A DNA stretch of 63,038 nt, filler included, from Octopus bimaculoides (taxonomy: Eukaryota), in NCBI RefSeq assembly GCF_001194135.2. It is 8 parts of 8 records of this genome, joined end to end, with 100 filler letters (N's around TTAATTAATTAA, not from the genome) between each part and the next. Parts side by side here need not be neighbours in the genome. Positions count along the whole stretch, not along the records: positions 59,545 to 63,038 come from NC_068987.1; 7 more parts are not named here. The stretch is one strand, 5' to 3'. Under the pieces are notes generated by a model. That model had not been told where the DNA came from, did not search any database, and saw only the letters and a list, made by a program, of their open reading frames with translations. Within the stretch, counting starts at the first letter, position 1, and every line of letters begins with the position of its first letter. Made by a program: the position numbers and the translations under genes. Shown one piece after another: positions 62,470 to 63,038 of the stretch.

Positions 62470-63038
62470 ATGTACAAAAATATTACAAGCAGATTAAATA
62501 ACACCGGTATTATTACACCCAAGAATAACAACCGAGAAGTGCGTACTGTAAGCTTGTTACGAAAAAAATACGAAGATCTGAACGTGCAAAACAATCTGAC
62601 AACATAAATAAACGAACCGGTACCCTACGAAAACGATGACCGTCAAAATAAAGGACCGGACGTTGTTCCTCATGTCCTGGAAACAAAACCAAAATGGCAT
62701 AAATGGACACGTGAGGAATACATTTCGATACTATACGCCTATTTCACAGCAGTGCTCTACCAAAAAAATGAAAAGGCAACAACACATACATATAAAATAT
62801 GGAAGAAAAATAATGTAAATATAGACCTCGATAAAACAATGAACCCTAACAAACTAGCTAACATAAGAAGATATATTCTAAAAGCAAAAAAAATATCAGA
62901 AATAGAAATAGAATAATTGAAAGGAAAAATACATCAGGAAAATCTAGATAGTAGTCACACAGCAATGCCAAATAATAATATAAACACTGAGATAGCAAAA
63001 CACGAGGACAAACGTAACATTTCCGGCAAAAACGAAGT
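62470..63038 (+). mobile_element. R4/Dong-type LINE ORF N-terminus (two in-frame stops), runs off the window
   Basis: ATG at 62470; KWHKWTREEYISILYAYF..TYKIW..NPNKLANIRRYILKAKKISEIEIE resembles the R4/Dong N-terminal Myb-like region. Confidence 0.65.

Overview
AT-rich, repeat-saturated eukaryotic DNA. It is almost certainly an octopus genome: the SINE and RTE families resemble those I recall from octopus, micro/minisatellites are very dense, and 100-bp scaffold gaps carry a TTAATTAATTAA spacer. I cannot support any intact host protein-coding gene; nearly all long entries in the ORF track are microsatellite or N-gap artefacts. The window is a transposon graveyard. It holds at least 4 tRNA-derived SINE families, many RTE-type LINE fragments, and two R4/Dong-type LINE pieces next to (TAA)n-containing tracts. 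It also holds CR1-like relics, three different Penelope-like (PLE) lineages plus a PLE-type terminal repeat with a minimal hammerhead ribozyme, a Ty3/Gypsy integrase with PPT and 3' LTR, and a Helitron Rep fragment. DNA transposons include four mariner relics, a DD41D (rosa-like) Tc1/mariner and many MITEs or fold-back palindromes. The most unusual items are: a 310-bp unit with terminal direct repeats carrying a tRNA-Thr(UGU)-like gene inserted inside a SINE; long palindromic elements with pre-miRNA-sized perfect stems; hammerhead-like motifs; a highly structured 73-bp tandem repeat; and a 98-bp direct repeat bracketing an ORF1-like relic. A few unique-sequence islands carry splice signals and may be small exons of an unidentified host gene (low confidence). 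Family names come from motif recall only; no database search was possible.
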